Of a DNA stretch of 64,000 nucleotides, positions 49,179 through 60,264 are shown piece by piece. This DNA is from Tricharina praecox. Taxonomy: Eukaryota. The DNA lies in contig NW_026250419.1 of assembly GCF_024521635.1 (NCBI RefSeq), forward strand, positions 372,001-436,000. Direction: 5' to 3'. Each line of letters starts with the position of its first letter. The stretch's first letter is position 1. A program made the position numbers and the translations under genes. The notes under the pieces are model-generated. The model did not search any database, was not told where the DNA came from, and worked only from the letters and a program-made list of their open reading frames with translations.

Positions 49179-51092
49179 TTACCACTCCTTGCTAGGGAGC
49201 ACCAGGTAGCCTTGCTTCCATCTAGCGTGTGACACTTGGTGATCTGGGCCGTAGCCGGACTGGATATTCTCGATATAGCTCAGTGGGTGTCTGGAGTTCT
49301 TAGCCTTGCGGGCCTCCATGATCTCCATCCTCTGGATGAGCGTCATAGGGCGTCCGGCACTCTCGGAGCTCTCGCCCTTGCGGGCCATGCTCCTCTCGGT
49401 CTTGCTCCTGTTCCCGGCCTGACGGGCGTCAATAGTCTCGAGCAGGGTCATTTGACGCCTGTAGCCTCCGGGCTGGCAGGCCATACTACCCTCTGACCTG
49501 GCGGACATGCTCTGGTCGGGCTTGGTCTCCATGAAGTGCCTGTTGGAACCGCCAACGGAGCCAGCCACATTCGGGATCCTTGGGGACATCGTGCTCTCGT
49601 CGGGCTTGGGATTGGCGGCCATGTCTCTCTCGGCCTGGCGAGCCGCGATGACCTCGATTAGGGTGAGCGGGCGCCTGGTACTCTCAGCCGTGCGACCCAT
49701 GCTGCGCTGGACGTGCTGGCGGCCCCTGGAGCTCTCGGTGCTCTCGCCGTGCGTGGTAGCAGAACCACCCGAGACAACCACGGCCGGAATCCTACCACCG
49801 CCGCTGGTAGGATTTCCGGCGTGGGTTTGCCACGGGATGGGTAACTTACCACCAGTAGCACCAGCACCAGCACCAGCAGCAGAAGCAGCACCAGCAACAA
49901 CACGACCGAAAGTACCCGCAGCACCAGCACCAGCACCAGCACCAGCAACACCAGCTCCACCAACTGCACCGACAGCACCAGCACCGACAGCACCAGCAGA
50001 GCCAGCAGAGCCAGCAGAGCCAGCAGAGCCAGCAGAGCCAGCAGAGCCAGCTCCAGCAGCTCCAGCAGCTCCAGCACCAGCTCCGGCAGCACGACCACGA
50101 CCAAAGGTACCAGCAGAGCCAGCACCAGCACCAGCACCAGCACCAGGACGACGAACATCACGGGCGGCGGCACGAGCAGCGGCAGCCCGAGCAACATCCG
50201 CACTCGCAACAGCACCGCGAGTGAGGGCCTTTGCTGGCGCCTTGACTGCTCCGATCGGAAACTGTCTGGCAACCCGCAAATTACCACCGGGACCACCAGC
50301 ACCGCCACGAGAAACCTCCGACTTCGACTTCTAGTCCGAAGTCTGGGAGTGAATAACCTGCTGGTGGCTAGTTGGGTTTGTGTTGGTGTTGACGGCGTTG
50401 GTAACAGATGCCAACGGCTTGTTAGAAATGCCGACCGATCCAACCGCAGCCGGAATCCTGCTATCGCTGCTGCCGCTGTCATTGCTGTTGCCGTTGCCGC
50501 CGGAACCCCTGCCACGGTAACGAGACGGGACTTGAAACTTACCACCAGAACCACCACTAGCCCCAGCGGCAACACCAGCACCAGCAGCAACACCACCACG
50601 AATTGGGGTCATCTTGAGCGTCTTGACAGATCCGGTCGGGTTCCACGTCGGAAACAGCAACTGCCCAGCCCCGCCAGCACCACCATCAACCGCACCGACC
50701 GGGTGTGACCAGCGCTGCGGCATGGTCTCCTCGGTCGGCTCGGCGATATGTGTACCGTCTGGTAGTGTCAGTACGATCCTTGGGATCGAGATTGAGTTCA
50801 CCTTCGCCGGCTTCTGGGCTTGGTGGAGGAGGAGATGCTGGAGCTGGTGGAACTTCTTCAGTATCTGCGAGCGGATACCTTGCTGGTGTGGGGCGCGCGG
50901 CTGCAGATGTGGGTGGACGTTTTGGCTGTTCGCTCCGTCCTGAATACGGTATTCCATGTGTTGCTGGGGTGTGGGGCGGTCGGCGAGGGATGGGAGTGGG
51001 GAGAGCTCGAGGGGCGAGGAGAGCTCGAGGTGCGGCGAGGAGGAGGAGTCGTGGGGAAGGAGGGACTTAAAGATGTTGGCGATACAACTCAT
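49179..51092 (-). CDS. Repeat-family disordered protein, copy A: 638-codon frame with one internal TAG (50331..50333); recoded gene or young pseudogene
   Basis: ORFs 50331..51092 and 49179..50279 are in the same frame and separated only by the TAG plus 17 sense codons. The RIPAxVGSVG motif occurs on both sides of the stop. Paralogue C also carries the N- and C-terminal modules in one frame. Confidence 0.65.
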
Positions 51093-51363
51093 CTTTGCTT
51101 GCGTACGTATTCAACGGTTGGGTTGGGTCTGGTAATAGTGGTGTTGGGTGCCAATATAGGTGTGAGTGCGGATTTTGGCGGTGGTTTAAGGTGGTGATAT
51201 GCCGATAGTTGCCGACTTATGGTGGTGGTGGAGTAAAGAGGAAAGAAAGGAAGGAAGGAATGTGGTGAACACGAGATTATATTGAGCGTCACGCCGAGTG
51301 TTTGGAGTTTGTCGTTGTAGGATTCGTAGGATTCGTGGGAAGTCGTTGGTGGGGTTGTGACGC

Positions 51364-51464
51364 CCATGGAAGAGTCGTGGACCGTGAAGAGTAGCCATGG
51401 TAGAGTCGTGGACCGTGAAGGAGTCGTGGACCGTGAAGTAGCCATGGCAGAGTCGTGAACCGTG
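51364..51464. repeat. Short tandem array, GAGTCGTGGACCGTGAA-type core x4 with interspersed CCATGG
   Basis: Three exact copies and one variant (GAGTCGTGAACCGTG), about 270-370 bp upstream of the copy A ATG. Confidence 0.85.
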
Positions 51465-51737
51465 TCCGAGGCGAGATGGAGTCGTTGGTGATAATTAAGT
51501 CGAGGACCGCAAAGTGGGCCATGGTAGTGCTCAACCGTGTCCCGAGTAACGGACGGTTCAACACGGCAGCGAGAACGGAAACACTGGAAGGAAAACATTT
51601 CTGGCCCGACTTCGTACCAAAATGAAGATCGTAGATAGGTAGAAGACAAAATTGATTGAACCAAGGAGAAAATTGAGAAATCGCAATCTAAGCATCGCTA
51701 TCGTATCCGGTATTTCGTATCCCATATCGCAGCTCTT

Positions 51738-52746
51738 CTACCGCGCCATCACCCTCTCTCTATTCCTATCCCTGACCCTCTCCTCCTCGTCCCTCTCGTT
51801 CTCCTCGTCCCTCTCGTTCTCCTCGGCCCAAGGCGAGTGACCCACCATCAACGGCGTGCGCTCACTCGCCCTGTGGCCATTCCGTGGCTCACGGGGGATA
51901 TGCTCCTCCTCGTCCAAGGACTCATCATCCGCCTCCTCCTCCTCGACGCGGCCAGCCTCCGATATCCTAGCGCGGCTCGCCGACTTGGCCGCGCGCGCGA
52001 GTTCCTCGGTGTGACGTTGAATAGCGATCAACGCGACGACCTATCATTATTCTCCGTCAATACCCGACTCCCCGAGTACACAAGTCTTGAATGCCTGCGA
52101 CCAACCTTAAAAACCGCAAGCAGCGCAAAAATCGCAAACAGCATCTCACCAGTGCTAGCGCCCGCCTGCATCCACGGGACGGAGCACGCCTTTGTCCTTC
52201 CGGTCGCATCACTGCACGAGGTGACATTCCTCGGCGGGAACGGATATGCCATGTGGGTGACGGTGCGGTAACCGCAGCAGCTGAGATTATCCTGGATGCC
52301 GCGGATGGTCTCGCCCTCCTTCGCGCGGAACAGCTCGTTCCACCGCCGCTCGAAGCGGCACGACGACAGCGGCGTCGCGAACAGCATCGACGACAGCGTC
52401 AGCACGATGGTCTCGACGAACAGCAGCAGCACGAGAGGGAGCGTGGTGACCATCTTCGTCACCGCTGTAGGCACCGCGTGCAGGAGCGCGTGCCCGAAAA
52501 TTAGAAAGTTGAGCAGCGGCAGAACGATACCCAGCAGTGGCAACAACAGCGAGATGGGGAGCTGCAGCCGGACGCTGTTGTACATCGCCAAGATACCGAG
52601 AAAGAGGAGCAGGCCGTTGAGCTATGCTCACCATTAGCAAGTCGGCCAGTCGGTCAATCCCCGCCCGGGCGGGAGATAAATACCCCTCCCGCGATAATGA
52701 TCCACCATCTCTTATTCCGCGACAGTTGAATCCACAGGTCAGGCAT
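51738..52746 (-). CDS. Fungal tetraspanin, Tsp3-like (293 aa); exons 52746-52684, 52621-52106, 52040-51738
   Basis: Four hydrophobic segments. The large loop reads C.FERRWNELFRAKEGETIRGIQDNLSCCGYRT....AYPFP.....C.......AC.VPW. Long charged cytoplasmic tail. Two frame-consistent GT-AG introns. Confidence 0.8.
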
Positions 52747-54000
52747 CGTCAATGCCTTCTTATGGTGTGTGTAGTAGTTTGCAGCGAGGCTTTCCTACGG
52801 AGGAGGAGATGGAAGAGAGTTGAGGACGAAGCGAGGAAAAAAGCGGGGGGCCGAAACCACGGGCGGGCGGACGGGGGGATGCCATTTTTATGAGATTCTT
52901 GCGGTTGACCGGTCGTCCCCCATCATTGGTTAGAGGGCCAGAGTTCCTGCGTGGCTACGTGTTTGAGCGGCTGATAATTCCATGGGCCACAGCAATATAG
53001 AGTACCTAGAGTATGGTGCTCTGTGTGCATATGCATGAATGTCTTGGACTCTGTTGGATAACAACAATCATGCATGTCACTCGATTGAGCGAGAATCGGG
53101 CGGTCCGACAGATTTGTATATAGACCTGAGGCCCAGCGAGGGATATAGAGAGCTCTGAGAAAGGGATTGTTGCAGCGCCAGGCAAAAGCAGAGGCTGAGG
53201 GAAGCGAAGGTACTATCTACACCGAGCTCGTTACCAGGACTGCAGACAGACCCTGTACTCTTGATAGGCTGCACGAACCTAGAAGAAACCTAGCTCCCGG
53301 ATAACGGCTACTAATCAACTAGTGACTTCGAGATCAACTGGGATATGATCGTATCATATTGAAGAAGAACATTATACTGCAGCCATGTCCTGCTTGCAAT
53401 CTTGCTATTTTGTGTATTAACCTATGTGACTAAGAAGAAATACAATTGCATTCTGGTTTCTATTTCAACCACATGGTGTACTTTTTTTTTGTTCGTAATG
53501 TACCCGTAGGTATTCGGCCAATAACATGTTTGTCCAAGAAGCGTGGGGGGTCTCAACAAGGCTGTCTGAGTGAGATGCGATGAATGACATGTCGTTGGTT
53601 AGGTGTGATTAGGGTTGCCGGCTAACTACGTTAGGTTATGTTAGGGAATGTCGACCAACTACGGGATGCCAAGACATCTCCCGCCCCACAACAACCACCT
53701 ACTTCTACCTGTGCCCTCTCTCTACTTTCAACACATCTTCTCTACTTACATCCAACACAACACTACTACATCCTCGATCTACCACGTCCTCCACATCAAA
53801 TCAGTACGCATATATGAGCGAACATATATCACGTTCACTAACCCCACTATGCGATGCCGGCAAAGCACCCATCATCGCCGGGTCGTTAGATTTAGCTATC
53901 GACCTTAGAAAAGCTCCCCCGGTGAAGGTTTGAAGCTTCCTATCCCTCAAATACCGCTTTCAAAGCTAACTGTGGATGGCAACACAGAATAGCGGAGCGG

Positions 54001-54627
54001 ATGGAAATGTGTGAGCCGAAGAGGGAATTATTTCCCTCGGCTCGGGCCCGAAAATCGGGCCCATGTTGGCGGGGCGCCTGTGGGCGTGCCCGCCGACGGG
54101 GGAGACAACGCCGCTGCGCAGGTCGCAGCGGGGGGTGTCCTCCCAGAACACACTCGCTCGCGGTGCTGCTGCTCGTGCTGCAGCTGCTGGTGCTGGTGGT
54201 TCTGGTGGTAAGTCGTAAGTCCCGTCGCGTTACCGTGGCAGAGGTTCCGGCGGCAACGGCAACCACAGCGGCAGCAGCGATAGCAGGATTCAGGCAGTGA
54301 TTGGCCCGGTTGGTTCTTCCAGCAAGCCGATGTCATCCGTCACCAACGCCGTCAACACCAACGCAACCAGCCACCAACAGGGTATTCACCCCCAGGCTTC
54401 AGGCTAGAAGTCGAAGTCGGGAGATGAAGGTGGAGGTGGGCTCGATCCCGATCCCGAGAATCGTGCTCACCACACCAAACGGAGCTAACATGGGCGAGCC
54501 AACTGAGGAGCACACGCCGCGGCGGAAGTCACACTCGGTCGGAGCGGTCGCCCATAGTGATAATTTGCAGGTTCTCGGGAAGCATTCGGCCGGCGCAGTC
54601 AAGGCCAAGGAAATGACGCTTTCTTGA
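54001..54627 (+). pseudogene. Repeat-family copy B: rearranged fragment with stops and a frame change
   Basis: Homologous to copy A (GGSGGK.*VPSRYRGRGSGGNG...HQQGIHPQASG*KSKS), with TAA at 54216 where A has CAA and the same TAG at 54405. The IPRIVLT module follows in a different frame. Confidence 0.7.
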
Positions 54628-54877
54628 GAAGATGGAAACATTTCCATCATTTCGGTCCGAGGACCGAGCTCCCGACACCCAACGGGATCGACAAGGAAGA
54701 TGCCAACAACGGACAACTGTCCCTTGTTTTCCGCCGCCAGCACCAGCGCTGGCGGCCAGGATCCTCTGCAAGTCTGCAACAACCGGAATATATCAACACC
54801 AATATTGCGACACCGATATCCACAACTATTATACCACCTCCCCCTATACCAACCGTCACATGGCTATGCAAGCCAAG

Positions 54878-56716
54878 ATGTGTTGCCTCACTGGCGCCCT
54901 CAAGTCCTTCCTCCTCCCCAACGAGCCCTCCTCGCCGTCTCTCGAGCTCTCCCCACTCCCCTCACTCGCCTAGCGCCCCATACCCCAGCAACACATGGAG
55001 TACCGTATGCATGGTGGAGCCAACACCGAAGACGCCAACCGCCTATTGTCCACCACCACCCACCATCTGGGTATCCGCTCCAAGATATTGAGCAAGCTTC
55101 ACAAGCTCCACCATCTCCTCCTCCATCAAGGCCAGAAGCCGAAGGTGAATTCGATCGCGATCCCAAGGATCGTACTAACCAGACTAGACGGCACGAACAT
55201 CGCCGAGCCGACTGAGGAGCCCATGCCGCAGCGCAGGTCACACCCGGTCGGTGCGGTCGATGCTTCCGAGAAGTCGCTTGCTCGCGATGGTGGTGCTAGT
55301 GGTGCTGGACAATTGCTGTTTCCGACGTGGCACCCGGCCGGAGCCGTCAAGGCTCCCGAGGAGACCAGCGCTCCCGAGGGGACCGACGCTTCCGAGGGCA
55401 CCAGCTCTCGTGGTGAAGATACCCGCGAGAAATTGTCTCGCGAAGATGGAAATATTTCCATCAGTTCGGTCCGAGGACCGAGCGCCCGACACCCAACGGG
55501 ACCCATAAAGAGGACTACAAGGGACGACTGTCCCTTGTTTTCCGCCGCCGCCGGTGCTGGAAACCAATCTTCTCTGCTATCTCACACCACACACCAGACG
55601 GGCATTCGCCCCGTGGTGTTGGTACATCCGTTCTTCTCACGCATCCGGATAAGGCCAATGGCCGCCTATCTGACGGTCATCATCTCATTCCGGGTGTGGG
55701 TACGCATGTTGCACTCTTGAGTGGGCTTGAAGTACAGTACGCCTTCGCCACTCGGCCGGCAGTCAAGTCCCTCACGATTCGGATCCTCGCTAGAGGTCCG
55801 AAGGCAGAAAAACTGGGAGCCGAAGAGGGAATTATTTCCCTCGGCTCGGGCCCGAAAATCGGGCCCAAGACCCCCGGCGGGGCGCCTGTGGGCGTGCCCG
55901 CCAACGGAGGGGGCCAGCCGGCTGCGCAGGTCGCGGCCGGCTGGAGCGGTGAAGGCGCTTCACAAGACGCTCGCTCATGGTGGTACTGGTGCTGCTGGAG
56001 CTGTTGGTCGTACTGGTTCTGCTAATTCTGCTGGAGCTGCTGCTGGTGAGTTGACCATCCCATGGCGATATCACCCCGGAAGTCTTACCAGCGGCGGTGG
56101 TAGGATTCCGGCTGTGGTTGGCCCGGTTGGTTCTGCTACCAGGCACGCCGAGCGCATCGAGAGCACCAGAGGCCGCCACCACGTCGAGCGCAGCATGGTC
56201 CGCCAGGCAGTGAGCTCCGGGCGCCCCCTTACGCTGGTCGATATCATCGCGGCTCGCCAGGCCGAGAGAGACATGGCCCTCAACATCAAGCCCGACGAGC
56301 GCAGCATGTCCCCAAGGATTCCAGCTGTGGTTGGCTCCGTTGGCGGTTCCAGCAGGCACTTCATGGCGACCAAGCCCGACAAGAGCATGTCCGCCAGGTC
56401 AGAGAGCAGCATGATCTGCCAGCCCGGAAGCTACATGCGTCCGATGACTCTGATCGAGACCATTGACGCCCGTCAGGCTGAGAACAGCAGCAAACCGAGT
56501 GGAGCATAGCCCGCAAGGGGCGAGAGCTCCGAGAGTGTCGGACATCCGATGACACTCATCCAGAGAATAGAGATCATGGAGGCTCGCAAAGCACAGAGCG
56601 CCAGACATCCTATGGCCCCTATCGGGAATATCGAGCCCGGCTATGGCTCAGATCACCAAGTGTCACACGCTAGATGGAAGCAAGGCCACCTGGCGCTCCC
56701 TGGCAAGGAGCGTTAG
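54878..56716 (+). pseudogene. Repeat-family copy C: full-length, single-frame paralogue of copy A with three internal stops (TAG 54971, TGA 55718, TAG 56507)
   Basis: Runs from MCCLTGALKSFLLP..LELSPLPSLA*RPIPQQHMEY to ...DHQVSHARWKQGHLALPGKER*, matching both termini of copy A in one reading frame. Confidence 0.7.
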
Positions 56717-56968
56717 GAAGACGACGAACGGACGATGGAAATATTTCCATCAGTTCGGTCCGAGGACCGAGCTCCCGACACCCAACGGGATCCATGCAGA
56801 TGGGGCGACCGCCCCTTGTTGTTCGCCGTCGCTGGTGCTGTCAACCAGGGTCCTCTGCTATCTCACACCACACACCAGGCGGGCATTCGCCCCCTGGTGT
56901 TGGAGCAGAGGAACTGGGAACCGTCGGAGTTGTGCTCGATCTGAGATCGACTTCACAACTCCGACGGG

Positions 56969-57185
56969 ACGCACGTGGACGAGTATGTCCCGCCGGGCCG
57001 AGAGCCCTAGGCGCCCGATGACCCTCATTGAGAGTATGGAGATGATGGAGGCCCAGAAGGCTGAGAACTTAAGGCATCCTATGACCCCTATCGGGAATAT
57101 CGAGTCCGGCAACGGCCGCGACCACCAAATTTCGCACGCTCGCTGGAAGCAAGCCCACCTAGCGCTCCCTGGCAAGGAGGGGTAA
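56969..57185 (+). pseudogene. Repeat-family copy D: duplicated C-terminal module
   Basis: SMSRRAESPRRPMTLIESMEMMEAQKAENLRHPMTPIGNIESGNGRDHQISHARWKQAHLALPGKEG* matches the ends of copies A and C. It is followed by a 3' flank similar to that of copy A. Confidence 0.7.
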
Positions 57186-60100
57186 GGAGGCGTTCCGTGC
57201 TGGACGACGAGCGGAAGACGGAGACTCGCAAGCTTTTTGTCGGTTGGGAGAACTCACTCACTAAAAATCTCGAAAAATCCGGTGGATGCTATATTCTGTA
57301 GTTAGGTATGTTCTGAGATGGGTTGTATGTTCTGCGATGGATTGAGTACTAAATTCTGCTTTAGTTCCTTCTTTCCACCTGTATCGATAATTGCTTGCTT
57401 GGAGTATCTCTACTTTAGCTTGGTTTATGAGAAACGGGAGATAACGTAACCCACTCGTCAAACAATTTGGTGGATGCTTTGTTCTGGTTATCTATGAGAT
57501 GTGGTTGGATATGTCGTATGCTCTGCGATGAATGCAATGAAGGAGTGATGTGGTTGAATAGCCGACATACGGCTGGCTAGAATTACATAAACTTTCTAGT
57601 ATACAAATATTGGTTGTAACATACGAACCTCTCACTGTTAATCAACTTCCGTTTTGACGTTTTGCTACTCGCTACCTACTTGTCATATGATGTCTTTTCA
57701 ACACTGTATTGTTCAGCGATTCTTCATGCAGCATGATTTGCGGTCCAGGTGGGCAAAGCCCCCGCCGTAGCGGAAACCGGATGTAGTGGAAGATTCTCGG
57801 GGGTGAATTTCAAAAGGAGACAGGGCAGCAAGTATAACGGCGCAATTGAGGAGTCTAGCAGACCGCGGGAAAGAGGTAAGAAGAAGAAGCCGAAGCAACG
57901 GCGGGGCATATGGAAGTACATATTCGAGCTGTCCGTGGAAGTAAAGTAGATATGCCCAACTAAATACATACTGCGCCGTCTCGGTGACACGAATATAGCA
58001 CAGCATAAATCGGTTTCACCGGAAGGCGGGAGTCGGACCGTGGCCGAACCGGGCCGGACGCGGACACGGACACGATGGGAGCGGAAAGGAGGGGGGGTCT
58101 GGGGAAGAAAGGCGGACGAAGTCGAAGGACTCCCGTCTCCTCTCCACGGCACTAGGTAGGCAGATGCTTGTCTTTCCCATATCCTCTGGCTTTGTGCGGA
58201 TGATCACGAAGATTCTCACGAAGATGCTTCCTCTTCGCCAGATCTATGGAGCCGGTCAACGAGCTGAGGAATCGCGAGGAGGAGGAGAAGTGCTGTTATG
58301 TACCGCATGTCAAGAAACTCGGTCATCCCAGCCCTCGTGCAAACGTATCCACAACGCAGCCATCGATATGCCGGTTTCTGTTGCGGCCGAGTCGGAGTGA
58401 GCAAGAGAGGGTTTATCTGCTTCCTTTCCTGGTATGTACATACTTATGTACTCTTGGTGAGACTTGGCGGTGTAGCCTGTAGGTAGTATCCTGCACTCGT
58501 GCGAGCTCTGACGGACGGAAGGAGTATGTAGATAGTTGCATCTGATTACCGTTCGTTCTGTGGGAGTGGAGTAGTTAGATTAAAGCTCGCTGCCTTGGGA
58601 TGACCATGCAGCTACGCCTCCCGCTGCTGACTGCTCACCGGGTCATGCTAATCGGGTTGGAACTGGGCTTCTCGGGAGTATGCTTATCCGAGTCGTTTGA
58701 TTACTATTCGCTCCCTAAATGAATACGAGCCCTACTTATGTATGTCCATATCCACACCCGCCAATGCAGAGGATATATGCCAACCTCCATCGCTAGCGAA
58801 ACAAAACAATCCACAACTGCCGTAGATCCGGAAGGAACCGGGAACGTATGTCGGTACGGAACGGTTCTCACAAGCCCTCACTCGTTCCACTACGCCCACC
58901 TCGCCAACCCCCCGGACGCGGCCCGAGTTCCCGGTTGTGAGGAGTATATTTAGCGTGGCCCGTACGATGAATGGACCGATGCCCTAGCTGCGCTTACATG
59001 TATGTATGTACTACATAGTGTAGGTAAGTACCTGGGCATGTGGTCCGCATGATATATATCGCTGCCGTCCCCCGCCAATTCTTGCTGTAGGAGTAGAGTA
59101 GGACGCTATCTGCCGGGGCTTGGTAGCTCGATAGCTCGATCAGCTCACCTTAAGTTTAATTCGGGCACGGGCCAATCTTTCCCCGCCGCCCGGTGAGCGG
59201 GAAAGAGTGAGAGAGAGAAATAAAATACCTGCTTTCATTCAACGTCGTAGCTGCTGTTATACTGATCGGTGTCAGCTATATACTCTAGAGGGAGCCTGTT
59301 GCAGCCTCGGCTTCGGCCTGCTTATCGGTGGGCAGGTAGCACACACACGCCCGGTCCTAAGCCTACACGCTGAGACCTATGTGTGCAAGGGCCGACCTCA
59401 ACCTATAGCCTGGGCGCTGCGCGCAAGGGCCGACCTTCTCTAGGCATCAACCTCATCAGTAGGGACGTTCTGCAGACTCCACGCACCACAACTACAACTA
59501 TCCAGGGGTATCAGATGGGGTTAGCTGGTTGGTGAAAAGTGGGAGGTTTTGCAAACCCCAAACTGCGAACTGGAACTACAACTACAACTACAAAACACGA
59601 AATCAAACTATGGAATGGTGGTGCGGCCGTGCCCATTGAGCGATACTGCAAGAGACAAGCGTTGGAGACAGTGACATGGTTTGTACCCTGTCTTTGACGC
59701 TTTCATCCAATCAGCGTGTTTGTTATGATCCAGATTAAATCGAGCTAACTCGCGCTACTCACGAACTTCAGTAGTTGTTGGTAGCGTCGCCGACCCATGT
59801 CCACACGATAGCTAGCCTGGTGACCTTCCTCCATTAAGTAGGACCCCTATCCGTTGCTGTGGTGATAGTTGTAGTTGTGGTGCGCGGAGGGGTCGCAGAA
59901 CGTCCCTAGTGTATGTAGCTTCGTCTACATCCGCGATGCCGAGCCCACGAGAGCAATGCTGCCTGAAGTACCGATGCGCACAGTAGGTATTAAACTGCAT
60001 GACCATTGCATATAGCCAGCCGAGCGGGCCGGTAAACGTTAGATTATGCACAGCTGAGTCAAGTACCAAGGTAGGCAATATATCTCCCCCTCGTATTGAC

Positions 60101-60264
60101 AGCTCACGACGTCTACCGGGGCGTCTTGGAAGTTAGAAGCTGTCGTCGAGGGGGTATATCTACCCCGTCTAGTCTCCCAGAAGGACAACTCCTCACCACC
60201 GCCATACATCGGTCTACTCCTCCTCCTCACCACTATCCACCCACTCCAACTACACACCGCCACC

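Noticed and set aside
50331..50542. Intron from the perfect GTAAGT donor (minus strand, about 50542) to the TAG, which would remove the copy A stop
   Set aside because: The donor is phase 1 and the acceptor phase 0, so the splice shifts the frame into an early TAA. The skipped segment also encodes the family RIPAxVGSVG motif.
49507..50599. Overlapping ORFs 49507..50334 (+, PA-rich) and 49658..50599 (-, L/V-rich)
   Set aside because: These are antisense and alternate-frame shadows of the Gly/Ala codon repeats in copy A.
51364..51464. Repeat array as a CRISPR-like locus
   Set aside because: Eukaryotic context, units nearly adjacent with no unique spacers, and no cas genes.
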